DNA of 64,000 nucleotides from Basidiobolus meristosporus CBS 931.73 (lineage: Eukaryota; Fungi; Basidiobolomycota), in the NCBI GenBank assembly GCA_002104905.1, contig MCFE01000047.1, forward strand, positions 133,528-197,527, given 5' to 3'. Of the stretch, positions 23,400 to 37,819 are shown piece by piece; the stretch's first letter is position 1; every line of letters begins with the position of its first letter. The notes under the pieces are model-generated. The model was not told the origin of the DNA, ran no database searches, and worked only from the letters and a program-made list of their open reading frames with translations. Both the position numbers and the translations under genes were made by a program.

Positions 23400-26300
23400 T
23401 TACATTTGTCCTTGTAGTATCATCTCAATGACCCCGTTGATGTAGTCTTTTCGTGGCGTGAGATCTATGTTGAATACGCTGCTCAGTTGCTCTCTGACCT
23501 GCTTCTTTGTGATCCTCATGAGGTTTGCATTCTGAAGAATCCGTTTCGTTTCAGCAACCAATTCGTCATCACCAGGAAATATGACTGATGCATTCTGGGC
23601 CATATATGGCGAGTAGGGATCCATCTCACTCGTGGGTCGGGAGGCTGGAGGAACGTATGGTGAGGCTACTGTGTAGGGCGATATGATCTGCTGGCCATAG
23701 TTATGTGCCCCAGTCATGTAAGAGCTTCTCGGCTCGGACATGGCGTCATGAGGATATGGCGAATAACTTGTGGGATAATACTCAGAGCCCGCTCCATAAC
23801 CGCTAACCACTGATCCGGCATATCCTGGAGGAGCCGGGGATCTTGAGCGTGATGGTGATCTAGCTTGGTGAATGGATTGATGTACAGAGGGAGCGGCCCC
23901 ACGGATTCTGGAATGCTCTCTTGGATACGGGTCTAATTGAGACCCATAGGCCCCATACTGTGAGCCACTGTGGATGGACATTGCATCTATCTGGCTCCCT
24001 CCGAAATGCTGATGTGAGTTGCGAGTACCATATGAGTCTTTGGATATGCTGGAGCCTGCTTCCCAAGCTTCCTGTTCAAATTGACTCCACTTCTTCATTG
24101 GGATCGATTTCGGATCGAATGGCTCTTCATTTGACACAATCTTCTTCTCTCCTTTATCGCCCAGTACAACACGCGTATTTCCCCAGCTGAAGTCATCAAA
24201 GTGCCAGAACGAGTACAAAGGAATGGCAAACGAGAACAGGGGCATGGCTAAGAGATAGATAATCATCCAACCAATATGCTGCCATTGTCGCTTGAGGATG
24301 AAAATCACGGCCTGTAACCCATAAACAACCCCAAACATGATCAAAGCTACTTTGCTCAGGTCACTGATATGGAAGATGGCGGCTATGATCAGGTAGAATA
24401 GATATACAACTGTCGCTGGCATGATCAGTGTTCCGAATAAGTCCAAGAAAACCACAAATCGCATTGAGAAGCAGCAGAAGCCACATAAATCGGGCAGAAA
24501 TAGCAGTTCGAACAGATTATGCACAGTCGAATTGATCCAACGACGACGCTGTGACAGCAGAATCTCCCATTTTTCCGGAGCCACAGTCAAACATACGGCA
24601 TCAGGAGTGAATTTCATCTTATACTGAGGGAAGTGCTTCAACATCAAAGTTGTAAGGTACCGATCTTCGCCCAGAGAGAGCAGGTTTTTCTTGTGAAGCG
24701 TATCTACGTTGTTTTCCGAATACTCCTCAATTACCTGGGTAGCAATAATCAGGGGAGAGCCCTTGGTTGTTCGAATTCGATACATGCAGAAGCAGCCTGG
24801 TAAGCATGTTACACTTCCAAACAGACTCTCGAAGGCTTTCGCCAGATGGTGAGAGATATAGTACTCATAGACCTGAATCATGGTGGCCCAGGAAAATCCT
24901 TCGTTTGCCAACTGTGTCTCTCCACACAAACCGATAAGGCGGGCATCATGTATCATGCAGGCTATCAATCGCGTCATCGAGTCTGGGAGCACCTCAGTAT
25001 CCGCATCAACCATTAAAACGTACTCATAAAAGGCTGGATTGACTCCAATAACGTTTTTGATGTGGTGATAGATTTCGAGATCAAGTGGAGACATTTCAGC
25101 ATCGAAGTGTACACGGTTCAGGAAATTCATCAATATGATTTGCGAGTCTCGTTTTCCACGATTGCCTGGTCTACTGCGCTCGGAAGGCTTACCAACTTTG
25201 GCGACAACAACATAAGGAACAACATGGCCTTCGTACTCGTAGAGGCCAGAGTACACCTTGCCCATGTTATGTTGCGAATTTCCCTCGCCTATACTTTGGA
25301 AGCTAAACGGTTCGGGGTCGTAGTTGGGATCAACTCCGAGAATATCGCAAACAATTTTCGGTGTCGGACGATCGTTACCGCTTCCAATGATCATACCGTC
25401 CGCAATAATAAACAAGAGCTTGCGTTTGTCGTCATAGTCCAGCCCAGCAAGAGAGTCGATGGTCTTTCGCAAAGAGTCTTCTCCCTCGGTATAGCACGGG
25501 ACCTGGCAGATAACAAACTTGTCAAGGTCTTCTGGCCTCCGTTTTGACCCCAGCTGAAGAGCGGCAAGAAACTTGATCACGATCACGGCGCAAAGAATGG
25601 CAGCGAAGCCGACAGGGATCCAATACGCGACCATGCACTGAACACTCTTACGAGTATCTACCACTCCAATATAGAATGCCTTGTTCAAGCAGTTCATCGT
25701 TAGAGCCCTGGTCTGTGCGTCCAACTTCACCTTTTCCTTCCAGATCTTCGTAAGATCCGGGCCCAGCTCGGGATTTTTGAACATCTGGTATACCTGATTA
25801 TCCAGAAAATGAAAGTCGGGTACTCCAGCACTGGAAATCGAGTTCTTGTCAAGTGTAAGGAAGTAGAGGGAGAGATCGTATATTTTGCCATCGATGATGC
25901 CCCATTGACGACTTCCCGTCTTGGCGGCATCGGCTATATCTTTGGTCTCAAAGGCAATATCCCCCTTTTCCATCATCTTCATTTTTGGTAGAGCAACATC
26001 ATAAAACCACGTTGGGCTAGCCAAGTTACTGGTACGATCCGGGGTCTTCTGGCCTGTGACATGTGGCACCAGATCTACAGTTCCGTTGGTGGTCAGTTCC
26101 ATTCTTTGGTCGGTAACAAGCCCCTCGCACATTGTACTCAGGGGGATGGAGAACGCATTTCCAACATCTTGACCTCCGTACGCTTCCATTTGATCATAGC
26201 GAGCACCAGTCGGGTTTTGGATATTCTTGCCATGGTTTTGCATCGAAAAATCCGATATGTCGTAGACTTTCCCCTTCATGTACACGTACAAATCCCCCTT

Positions 26301-29232
26301 GCCCGTGTGGTACCCAACGTCAGTTTCATTGTAATAGTAAACTCTGGGGCATAGCATCAAGCCCAGCCCTATGATGAAGAACATCATGATCCCCCAGAGA
26401 AACATAATGATGAGGCATAGCGCAACCTTTTCTCTCCAAGCTATCTGGATGTCTGGGCGCTTGAGACCACATGCCGAAAGCATAAAGGTAGGAATCCACC
26501 ACGTCAGGGTCCAGGTGGTTCCCAGCCAGCACTTACGAACTCGAGTGACTGGTTTGACTTCAATCACCTGTTCATTTGGCTTTATGCCAGTCTCGGAATG
26601 ATCTACCTTAGTGAGCTCGATACCATTATTGGCATATCTATATAAATGGTTAATATCGAAGTTGCCGCGATTGCTTCAAAGATTTTGCTTACTTGGATAT
26701 TTGGTTCTTGGAATCATACTCGCTGCTCATGATACTGTTATCGTCATCACCATAATGCCCGTAAGCTCCATGATAATTGCGATGGGCCTCGTAAGGATCT
26801 TCGCTGACAAAACTTGCCCCATCGTCGTAGTAGCGAGAATGCAGAGCTGGGTGATTTCCGGCCGTGAGAAACTCACTCCCGTGGCGGTTGTTTAGGCCGG
26901 ACATCAGGGATTCATTATCACCAGAGACGCCGCCCTTTAATGCTGCACGCTGGTCTTTCTCCACACTTCTGAGGCTGTCCTCGAGTCGCTTCCAGGTATT
27001 TTCACTCAGAAAGACCTTACTGCTATTTCCGACCATAACATCAATATCGCTCCAACCGCTTATCGCCTTTACCGCCTCAATTTTCTGAACATTGCTCCGG
27101 TTTTCATCGAGACCAAGTTGCTCAAATATTGGCTGGTACCTGTCGAGGAATTCCGAAAACTCATAACTCGCTGTGAAGTAGAAGCCCAGTCTTTTTGTTA
27201 TATCGGTGAGCGAATAGGATTCGATCTGAGTTCTGACACTCTTGACATCAAAACCGAGATGATCCGGACTCGGATTTATGTGAACGATATGCCAAATCTT
27301 GGTCTCTTCGATTGTGGTGAATAGCTCGTTCAAGGTGGAATTCAGTTGAGCCATGACAGTGGTGGACTTCGTGGGCGTCTTGTTGGCGGGCTTCCTAGGA
27401 TCGTCGGACTTCTTATATCTACGACTTGGCTGCCTCATTGGCTTTGTAGGGTGTTGTGCTGAAATCACAGTGTTTTTGTTACGGGGATGAGTCTCTGTAG
27501 CCACGGCAGCACTACTAAATAGTTCTTTGATGAAGGGGTTTGAGCTTGCGACGTTCCCTCGAAACAAATTGACAAAGTCTGCGGAGAGTACATCTAAATT
27601 TTTCTCGCTGAACGAGCCAGTTGAATATTCTATACGGGCCTGCAAAGTGTCTGATCGCAAAGTGGGTAGCAGGTACGTCTACATGTAGCATGAATGGATG
27701 TCCTCTGAAGGAACTTTGAATAACAGAGCCAAGAGATTCCTTTTCATCTCGTTTTTCATCATGTGCATGTTCGTCTATAAGAGACATCAGGCTTCTGTCT
27801 GCTCCAGGATCCCCTTGGCCACACAACAGCTCAATACATTTGGTGTTATCGCCATAGTTTATCTTGGGTAGGCTGATCCCTTCGCTGGCCATCTCGGCAT
27901 TTATCCCGACGGAGTCATCAAAGATGGACTTCAAAATGAATTGTTCCAATTTTTCATTGGCGAAGTTGATGCAGAATCCCTCAAAATGATTTTCCTTCGA
28001 GTGTTGGAAACCAAACTGATCCAGGACTCCAATGAAGTTCGCTACCTTTTCCTGACATATGCGGCCGTTGATGGCCTCAACCAGCCATGTGAAAAGAAGC
28101 GAGTACAAACCACGAGACAAGGAGTCACGTTGCTCCCTAGCTGCCTTGGCATCTAGAAATACGGTACATATGTCTTTTCCTATCATGACAGACTTGAAAG
28201 TCAAGGTGTCGCTGAGTGATGAGACGGATATTCCCAGGAACTCAGCAATGATCTCCAGAAGATCCTGATTCTTGATGGAGCATGAGTCCTGAGTTTCTTG
28301 GTCAACAAACTCCAAGTTTCCTAGGTGAAGGATAACGGATAGAAGGCGGAAGATTTGGAGTTGTACTTTGGTCTTAAGGCCAAGGGTTTTCATGGATTCC
28401 TTAAGCTCATTGAAACGTGCTTGGTCATCGACATCTGGGATCCGATAACACTGAGTTCTCGATAAATAGTTGAAGTGGGTAGGCTCCTGAAGATGTAGAT
28501 GGGTTTTCTCTTCAGAATTGGCACCAAGCAGTAGATAATAGAATATGTTGAAGCTTCTCTCATCCTTAGCCGCACTCGTAACTCGGGACTTTTCCAAGAG
28601 GTAAGTTAAAGTTTTTGTTCCAATGACTCTACCTCGTTCGTTATACTGAACTTCCTGGAACATCCCATATCTAGATGCGTTGGGATTTTGAAGCGTCTTA
28701 GCGTTACCGAATGCCTCCAGTACATTTTGTGCCACTTGCACCTGTTCGTGAATCCTTGAATCTTTCTTGGAATTGGTAAGGTTACAAAACTGCTTCAAGA
28801 GGAGCTTATATGACTCGGTCTTTCCACTTCCAGTAATTCCACTGGCAAGGATATGTTAGTCAAGGAATCCATCGGCATCATTACGACTTATAGCACTTAC
28901 CTGAGTAATACAGTTTGATCCTGGCCAGTCCTGCGAAGGTGGAGATATGCTTTGGCGGCAAGCTCATATATATGACATGGCAGATTTTGGGCATTCCCGG
29001 TAGTATTTCGATAGCATGCTTCAACGTACTTCTGAGCATTTTCATCAGCATAGATATCCAGCTGTTGCGATGGGTTAACAGAAACCAGAATCGAGCTATT
29101 AATCCTAATATAGGGAGCTTTTAACTCATATTGGTGCTTAAGGGATTCAACCACGATATCATCAGATATATTCTCAAGCAACGTTAGATCTAGGGTATAT
29201 GGTGATTCCGGAGAAGTCTCCGTTGCTGACAT
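23400..29232 (-). CDS. Class V myosin-motor chitin synthase (myosin head, two cytochrome b5-like domains, CHS2 catalytic domain, DEK-C), with a +1 frameshift near 27635
   Basis: P-loop SGITGSGKTE, NASRYG, LDQFGFQ, CINFANEKL; catalytic GEDRYLT and QRRRW; C-terminal DEK-C TKKQVREQL. Two GT-AG introns (about 28.84-28.90 kb and about 26.64-26.69 kb). Confidence 0.93.
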
Positions 29233-30225
29233 TGTATCTATAATTTTCAATCTGGAGGAGTCTATGAGGAGGGGAACAACGACAGGGTATGTGGAAGCGA
29301 GTCAAAATTCAGAAAGAGACTACGAGAACAAAAACGGAAAGCGAGTTAATTATATTCGATCGGGTGGTGTGGAAAAATCTATTGTGGAAAAGAAGGGAAT
29401 TAAGGGTTGTAGTAAATACAAAGAAAGGGAGGACAATGGCTAGTCAGAAAGGAGTAACAGTTTTAACCAAGACAAAAAGGAGTCCCCGAATGGAACAGTA
29501 GAATCGGACAGGTGCAGGTAGAATAAAAATAAGGGTTAAGGAGTGAAGGACATTTGACTACATATGCACATTTTTGTGGTGATTGTCCGGTAACTGACAG
29601 TGGCTTTATTCTCCTTACCTGAAAGCTAGATTGATGGTCTATAAGCACAAACTGTAAGCATATCCATAGGCATTCCAGAGGAAATATCCGAAAGCATGAT
29701 GCTAGCCATACATCTCATGAGCGTTGACCTTTGAGGATAACGAAACATATACCCGATGTGAATGGACCTTTTAATTTGTGTATCCAACAGACCGTTCAAT
29801 AAATGCTGCCAGTATTTTCTTAGCATTAATCTTCGATCTGGCTGTTGGAATAAGAATCTCAGCCAATACAATATCTTACACATGTCCCCTATGCAGATGA
29901 TGTATTTAAAGTAAGAATGACTGAATCCTTTGTCTTATACTGAGGATCATTGAGTGACTTGCGATAAGGGGATTGCTTAGCCGCATATAGTTACATCCAT
30001 TGAATACGCCTGCATTTCACTACTTCGCTAACTCCTTTTTATCAATAGACACATCTGCCAGACTCTTTGACATTGCTCTCTATCTTCTGGCTCTTGAATC
30101 ACCGACGGCAATCTTTCAAAGCAGTTTGGATACCTCTCGCCATACCTTAACTACCCACTGCGAACGGTGATTTCCAGTGAGTTCATTTATTTGCCCAATA
30201 CTGTTGGTTCTGCTATTCATCAAGC

Positions 30226-31357
30226 TTGCTTTGGCTAGTGTCTGCGAAGATTAGCAAAGAGGACTCCTTCCCCCCACAGAACCCAATCACGCCCGTTCGT
30301 ATCGCTCTACTAGTCCTGATTCTTGCCTTTTTCTCGGGGTACACCTTTTTTCTTGTCTTGAAGCGAAGTGACTCGTATTACACCCCGCTGATTCAACGGC
30401 TTGTTTACGAGCCTGAATATTTATCACCGCCCGGTATGAAAGATTTTATTTGTGCTTACATAATGGAATAGTGATCGATTGGTAATCCCGAGGGAGCATT
30501 GTTTGGATATTGGCATTTACTGAATTTTGGTAATTGCTAGATGTACGCATTTGTACGGAGGCCCAAGGCAGCCTGGACCTAAGTGTTAGTTACGGGCCAG
30601 GAGATCTAGGCGTGGGATTTTCGGCGGCCGAGACGATCGAGACCGAGCTAGCTAACGAAACTCAGCCATGGCATCAATGCTACCTCCTTCGACCCAAGGT
30701 TTCGCTACGCCTGGCCAGAGACAATACTGGGAAATCACTGATCCGAATCACCTTGAAACCTCAGTCTCCATCAAATGAACCAGAAATAAATCAGTTTTAC
30801 CTCGGAATAGGAACTGATCGAGTGATACCCACGCCCTTGTCCATGCTTCAGTCTTGGTTGCTGAGCTACTCCCAATCATTGCACACTACCCTTGGTAATA
30901 TCACCACGAATCATTTCTCCTACACGTTGCTACCCGCTGCTACCTCGCAACTCTGTACCTTGGACATTGCACCCCAAACATTCACTCTGGTTCATACAAT
31001 TGAGAGGCCCTCGTTTCTGAACGTGGAGTTTCTTGGTCATGTATTCAGCGGGTTGCTTTTCAGCCTCACCTTATACGTGGTTCTGTTCGGCTTGGGAAGG
31101 TATAGAAGCTGGGGAGTGGTGCAGACCGTTCTAAACAGGAACCCGGTGTCAAATTTGGTGAATTCCGACCCATTGACATTTAGCGAGAATGGTGCAGGTA
31201 AGTAGTGGGCCTTCTTCTGATATACGGTTGCTGATACTTGTCCTTTCCTTTCACAGAGCTATCTCTAGAGCATCGACTGGATGAAGTGGAGAGACTCATG
31301 TGTCTCTATCTCTCTAAAGCTGATAAGGTTGTGAAACCAAATCGAGGTGGATATTGA
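30226..31357 (+). CDS. Hypothetical two-TM membrane protein with large lumenal/extracellular loop (5' end unresolved)
   Basis: TM1 RIALLVLILAFFSGYTFFLVL, about 190 aa loop, TM2 HVFSGLLFSLTLYVVLFGLGRYRSWGVVQ, C-terminal LEHRLDEVERLMCLYL; GT-AG introns join the ORFs in frame. Confidence 0.65.
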
Positions 31358-31625
31358 TCTACCATTATGATTGAATTAAACTACGATCCATTAGTCTTTT
31401 ACTGGTCTTGGGTATGGTAAAGGCACTATGGTGACAATTTTGTATTCTCACCAGCTTTGGTTATGACAGGGATATGGTTTAGTTGGCTTTTCATTTTCTA
31501 TATCGAGTTACTCTAACGTGAACTACTAGGTGATGTTGTTTAGGTTAGGAGAAAACAAACACTGTATTAATATTTAACCAAGATGAACAATTTGAAAAAA
31601 GATTGGGAACATTTCTTCCGCAACT

Positions 31626-34266
31626 CTATATAAAGTCTCCAAAGAGTTCCGGGATTTTGAGCTCACCCTTGTTGACTTTCTCGATGGTTCGCATCAGATC
31701 ATAGTTGATCTCCTGTGACACATGAGAGTCATGCTTGTAGCTTGGGTGAGTTCGAACGAATTGACGGATCCAAGTAGCAGTGGTCATCAAAGTGCCTAAA
31801 TTCAGGGTCAATATTTGAACATATTATCTACTACTTTAGAGCGTTGATCTAGTTTTACCATCAGCACGGCATTTGATGAAATCGAGATAGCGTCCAAGAG
31901 TGCGGCGGGTTTCAATATCAACGTTGAGTGAATTAAGATATGAGTTGACGATAGGAATCAGTCCAGGGAAACCATCATCCTAAAAAAGCATCATTAGAAA
32001 CAGAACTCGTAGAGCTCAAGTCTTAATCCGCTTTACCTTGCCGTTGATAATTTCATTGATAGTCATGAGCTCATATTCATTTTCGACGTTGGTGCTGGCT
32101 TCATTCTGGCTATCATCTTGGAAAACATGCTTTCTGAAGTAGAACTTATGCTCACGAGCAGCGCCTCTCTTATGAGCAGTCTTCATGTTTTCATCCACCT
32201 GAGATAGCGCAAGATTAGAACCGTTGGCTATTATCTCCATCGTTGGAAATATACCTTCGAGATGGGGATGTAGAAGTTCAGACCAAAGCTTAGAATAGCG
32301 CGAGTAAGCAAGACAATGAAAATAGCAAATGCGGCATTTTCAAAGTCAGTGAGCTGAATTTCCATTGACCGGAATTCAACTCTCCATCCAATGGGTGAGT
32401 TTGGTGGAGGAGGCTTGAAACGCATAGTTTGCCAATTAGTGGATTGAAGATTCTGCGGATGAGGAGCATCGATAAGTTAATGACATCACCAAGGAACGCT
32501 GTTATGCAGCAGTGAATACCTCGAAGTGATCAGAGGAGACTTCATCATCTTGATCCAGGAGCTCTTCGAAGATCACCAAAGGATCGCGAATAAACAGATG
32601 GGCCACATGTCTTGCCAATTGCTCATCGACCCCTGCATAACAACGCGATAAAGAATACCTTGATCAGATTGGCTTTAGATCTCGAAATCAAACCAACACA
32701 CTTACCATTATCCATGAGCTCCTGGCAAATCTGTTCGTCAAGTACTAATGGGATATCGTTATATTCGGGCTTGTACATGCTGTCAGTCGAAAGATAGCTA
32801 TCAATGGAGTCGTAGCGTGACTTTGGAATGGCAAATTTGCTGTTTTTCAGTGGCTGCCAACCAGAAAATCTCTTAGTACATCGTGCTAGTAAGCTTTGAT
32901 CCCGATTTAGTTACCTCTAGACCTCTCTCTTCACGAGTACGATCATCGACACTCTGAGCAATGACATTCCAACGGCAGTCAACATCGGCAAGATACCCAC
33001 GATACACCGGGGCTGCGGCAGTCAGAGCAAGCTAGTTGAGAAGTTAGAAAGTTGAATGGTTAGCAATTACTAAACTCTACAAACCATAATGGGGCCCACA
33101 GTTGCAAGGTGATCGTAAAGTCTTCTAGCTTCGTCAATATTGCAAGCTTGGAAAGTGATTTGGAGGCAACAACAACCCATGCCAAAGCACATTGCATCCA
33201 TATAAATATGGTCCGGAAGTGCAGCACCTTCTCCGGCCTCCTTATCTTCAGGGAAGACATCTCTGTCATGAGGGATGGTTGGATCGATGAAAGGTTTTGG
33301 AGTGTTGGTATCATGGAAAATTGGCATATTGATGGCAACTTTAGCTTGACGCCGCTTTCTGATATTGGCAGTAAGAGTGCTAAGGTATTTCCGTTGAAGT
33401 TAGGGGTGTATGTCAGGGAAAACAAGAAGTGTAATCGAGACTCTTACGGGAATCTAGCATGTGGATTGATAATCTCGTCAGGAACAAACATACTTCTAGC
33501 AGCGACTCCCTTAGGCTCATAGTATGGAGTCAGAAACTCACCCGGGCACCCAAGACGAGGGAAGCTGGTGACAGTAAGAGGATACTCGTTCTCTTTCATG
33601 TACTGCATGACTGTATTTCTCCTGTAAAGTTGAAGTGATGTGAATAAATAAACGATCTAGTACTCCTCCCTCCGTATCATTGCCTAAAAACCCACCGGAG
33701 TACCATGTTCTTCTCCACCAACAACAGGTCATCCAAAGTACCTCCGTATGGAGCACCAGGAGTACCTATAAGTCACAGTTAGTTAATCCATATCACCCGA
33801 ATTTTCTCAAAAGATATACCTTCAAGCATATATCGACCATATTCTGGTCTCCAGGAGGTTTCTACGACAATACTTCACAATGCTTCGGATTAATACAAAG
33901 GACGAGGGGATTCCTTGGTACCGAAAATATTACTCTGGGTTGGTTGCTGCCTCAATTTCGCTTTTCTGAAGTTCATTTATCAAGTCAAAAGCGCGAAGAG
34001 AAAGCCGAGCATTCTTGTTTTCGTGGTCGTAATCAACCACCATATACTCAATCTTAACAGATAAAGGCAAGCTAAGCAAATGCTGTAGACACACAACCAC
34101 CAACAATAAAACAAACCTCGTCTCCCCACAGTAGGTGGTCCTTCTTTCTGTCCTTTAGCTTGTGATAGATAGAAAGGAATTGCTTGATTCCATGACTACG
34201 GACGTGATCAGCATATTTCTTTGCTTCGTCCCATTGCATAGGTGTACCGAGTGAAAGAAGACCCAT
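31626..34266 (-). CDS. GSH1: Glutamate-cysteine ligase catalytic subunit (many exons)
   Basis: [79 protein letters not shown]. Confidence 0.96.
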
Positions 34267-35314
34267 CTTATCAAATTCTGGATTGTGGTTCGAGGTTAAC
34301 GGGAATATTAGATAGCACTTTCTCCTGGAGTAGAACTTACACTGAAGGCTGCACTTCAAGGATGCTTGCTCAGTGGAAAGCGGAACAAGGAATAACTTTC
34401 CAAGAATCACTACTTGATTACAAATATCGAGTAGCTAGGAACTAAATCGAACAATTCGGTCTTGATTTGTTATCAAATTTTGAGATCTCCCAGTCTATGG
34501 ATGCTAAATTTGATTTACATTAATAAGCAAGCCTCTCGAGACTGTCAAACCTTGAAATTCATATCCTAGCGAGGAGGGCGCATACTCAAGAACGGGAATG
34601 TTTCATAAAGAGGAGTGATTAGGATACGAAATCCAGTGTTATTTCGAAGACCTCTTTGACCTTCTCGTCAAGGGCGCAAATAGCGCAATAGTCTAGTTTC
34701 TTATCGGAACTTGAAGTACAATATTAGTGAGGATCAATGGTCTGATTATCTATTCTAAGATTAAACCTGTGGCCAATAGCGAGGTCAGTGGGCGATTCCT
34801 AATTAGTGAAACTGCAAAACGGGGATTTTGCATTTCTATAAAGTCACAGCGGTAAGAATTTGTAAGAAAACGAATAGATTGCGACATCTCCAATGCTGCT
34901 TTCAATCCCATCTACATATATACGCGCCAAGTACCAACTTTAGCGAGCGCACTTATCTAACCTCTTGGGAGATGCAGAGTGGCATTCGGTCCATATCACA
35001 ATTCAGTGTCGTTTAGGTGCGGCGCTCAAATTTGGGAGAACCTTCGAGAGTGGCTGTTCTACAATTGAGGGCTATAACACTCATTATGACAGGTTTGGTG
35101 GTTAAATATCTAGAGATGGTGGAAAGACCGAGTTGAAGCTATTCGGCAAAAGACGCTGATTTCGGCACACTGTCGAGACAAAGATCATCATCCCCAGTCT
35201 GATAAGATTTGGGGAACATGATAAGATAAGAAAGATTAGAAAATAAGCTACTATATATTCCGTTAACCAGCAAATTGCTCTGTAAAAAAGTTCTCGTCTT
35301 ACTATTTTCCCACA

Positions 35315-37167
35315 ATGGATAGCCGAACTGTTGGTGTGTTGGGTGGAGGTCAACTAGGACGCATGCTCATTGAAGCAGCTAGTCGTCTCAATATCAATGT
35401 TGGTATTCTTGATTCCCCCGACGACGCTCCTGCCAAACAGATTGCTGCCAACGAGTTCCACGTCAAAGGTGACTTCAAGGATCCCGCCAAAATCTCCGAG
35501 TTGGCCTCGAAGGTTGATGTTCTTACGGTTGAAATAGAGCACGTCAATACCGATATCCTGGAGGCGCTCGAGAAAGAGAAGAACATCATAATCCAGCCTT
35601 CCCCTGCTACCATCCGACTTATTCAAGACAAATATGTTCAGAAAGTTCACCTAAGCAAGTTCGGTATTCCCTTGCCTGGCTTCAAGGAAATCAACTCAGC
35701 AGAAGACCTGAAGGGCGTTGCTCAAGAGTGGGGGTATCCTGTTATGCTCAAATCTAAAACTCTCGCTTATGATGGTCGTGGTAATGCAGTGGTTCGTTCC
35801 GAAGCTGATGTGGACGTAGCCATTGAGAAGCTTGGAGGAATAAGCAAGGGCTTGTATGTCGAACGCTGGGCCTCTTTTGTCAAAGAGCTCGCAGTTATGG
35901 TAACCAGATCCATCGATGGAACCGTAAGCTCATATCCTGTTGTGGAAACTATCCAACGTGACAACATATGCCACCTTGTCATCGCTCCTGCCCAGATCAA
36001 TGGAGCTGCGGCTCAAATGGCCAAGAAGGTTGCTGAAGATGCTATCAAGACTCTTGAAGGAGCTGGCATATTTGGTGTTGAGATGTTCTTAATGGAGGAT
36101 GGTTAGTTGTAGGAGTTTTCTTATTTCCGACTAATTGGCTAATTGGTTGTTCTCTAGGAAGCATCTTGCTAAACGAGATTGCCCCCAGACCCCACAATTC
36201 TGGACATTACACTATTGAGGCGTGTCACACTTCGCAATTTGAAAATCACTTACGTGCCATTCTCGGACTACCCCTAGGATCTACCGAGCTGAAGGTTCCA
36301 GTCGCTGCGATGGTAAACATTCTTGGAGGAAGTACTCTTGAGGAAACCCTCCAACCTTGCGCTGTTTCTCTCTCTACACCAGGTGCCACAGTGCACCTTT
36401 ATGGCAAAAAAGAAAGTAGAAAAGGAAGAAAGATGGGCCATATCACTGTTGTTGCTGATAGCTCTCAACAGCTGAATGAGCGTCTCCAGCCCATTCTTGA
36501 CACCATTCCTGCTGCCGAGGATGGATCCAAGAGTGAGCTTACCACCACTCCTATGGTTGGTGTAATCATGGGGTCTGATTCCGATCTTCCGTCCATGAAG
36601 GCCTGTGCTACCATCCTCCGTGATTTCAATGTTCCCTTCGAGCTGACGATTGTTAGCGCTCATCGTACCCCAGACCGTATGATTGAATACGCCAAAACTG
36701 CTCACGAAAGAGGCATTAAGGTTATCATCGCGGCTGCTGGCGGTGCTGCTCATTTGCCAGGTTAGACACAAGTGAGCCACATTATCTAGGACCGAAACTG
36801 ATCTAGTTCATTACCAATTAGGCATGGTAGCTGCTGTAACCCCACTTCCTGTAATTGGCGTCCCAATCCTGGGCAAAGTATTGGATGGGGTCGACTCCCT
36901 TTACTCCATCGTCCAAATGCCAGTAAGTTTCCGCTGGTCAATCTCAACCACTCATCAATGAAAAGCTAATCATTCCTTTAGAGAGGAGTTCCTGTCGCGA
37001 CTGTTGCTATCGGCAACTCGACTAATGCTGCCCTGTTGGCCATTCGCATGTTGGGTGCCTTTATTCCCAACTACCTTGAGAAGATGATGAATTACCAAAG
37101 AACTATGGAGTCTGAGGTCATGACCAAGGTGGGTCGCCTCGATGAAATTGGTTGGGAGAATTATTAA
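35315..37167 (+). CDS. ADE2: Phosphoribosylaminoimidazole carboxylase (PurK-PurE fusion), 4 exons
   Basis: [59 protein letters not shown]. Confidence 0.97.
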
Positions 37168-37819
37168 GCTGTAGAGCGGGCATATCACATTGATGTTGAA
37201 TTTAAGGCATTCTTGAATATATAGAATAGAACATTAATCCCATTTTTCGTAAATAAACGTCAAAGTATTTATTGAACCATGTTTGCTGCCACCTACACCC
37301 CGATTCCAATGATCTTGGAGGTGGATCTAAGCCACCGGAGATGGAATATTCGATTATTTTCATGACTAATGATTCGAAATAGTTCCAGGCTAGCACTTCT
37401 GGCACCAAGCAGATGACGAAGTATGAACCTGAATAGTGAACATATGCAAGCGCCACATAAAGATGCCTAGGGCTTCGAGCGTTGACCTTAGTCATATTAC
37501 ACCAACTCATAATGTACATTTATGGATGGTCAGATTCTAGATATGGTCGTTTGGTTGAGAAACTCTCGCCAGCTGACTCCAGAAGTTCCAAAACAAGTGA
37601 TTCAATGTAACGTAGGTTATTACCATTTTATGGCGATGACCCAACAATGGTACTCGGATTGCCGATGCATGCGAACAAAGTCGGCCCAATGAGTCATTCG
37701 AGGTCAGTTAGCGTGAGGATATATGGTCAGGTATATATTGAGCTTTATAGCAGCACAGCTTCATATTATCGTTGAGCTTTCTGGCAACACTTCACCTCAC
37801 TTCAGATTATCATCACACT

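Noticed and set aside
27641-27677. 37-nt GT-AG intron that would repair the chitin synthase frameshift
   Set aside because: It would remove the conserved myosin FAIRHFAG motif and is shorter than other introns here.
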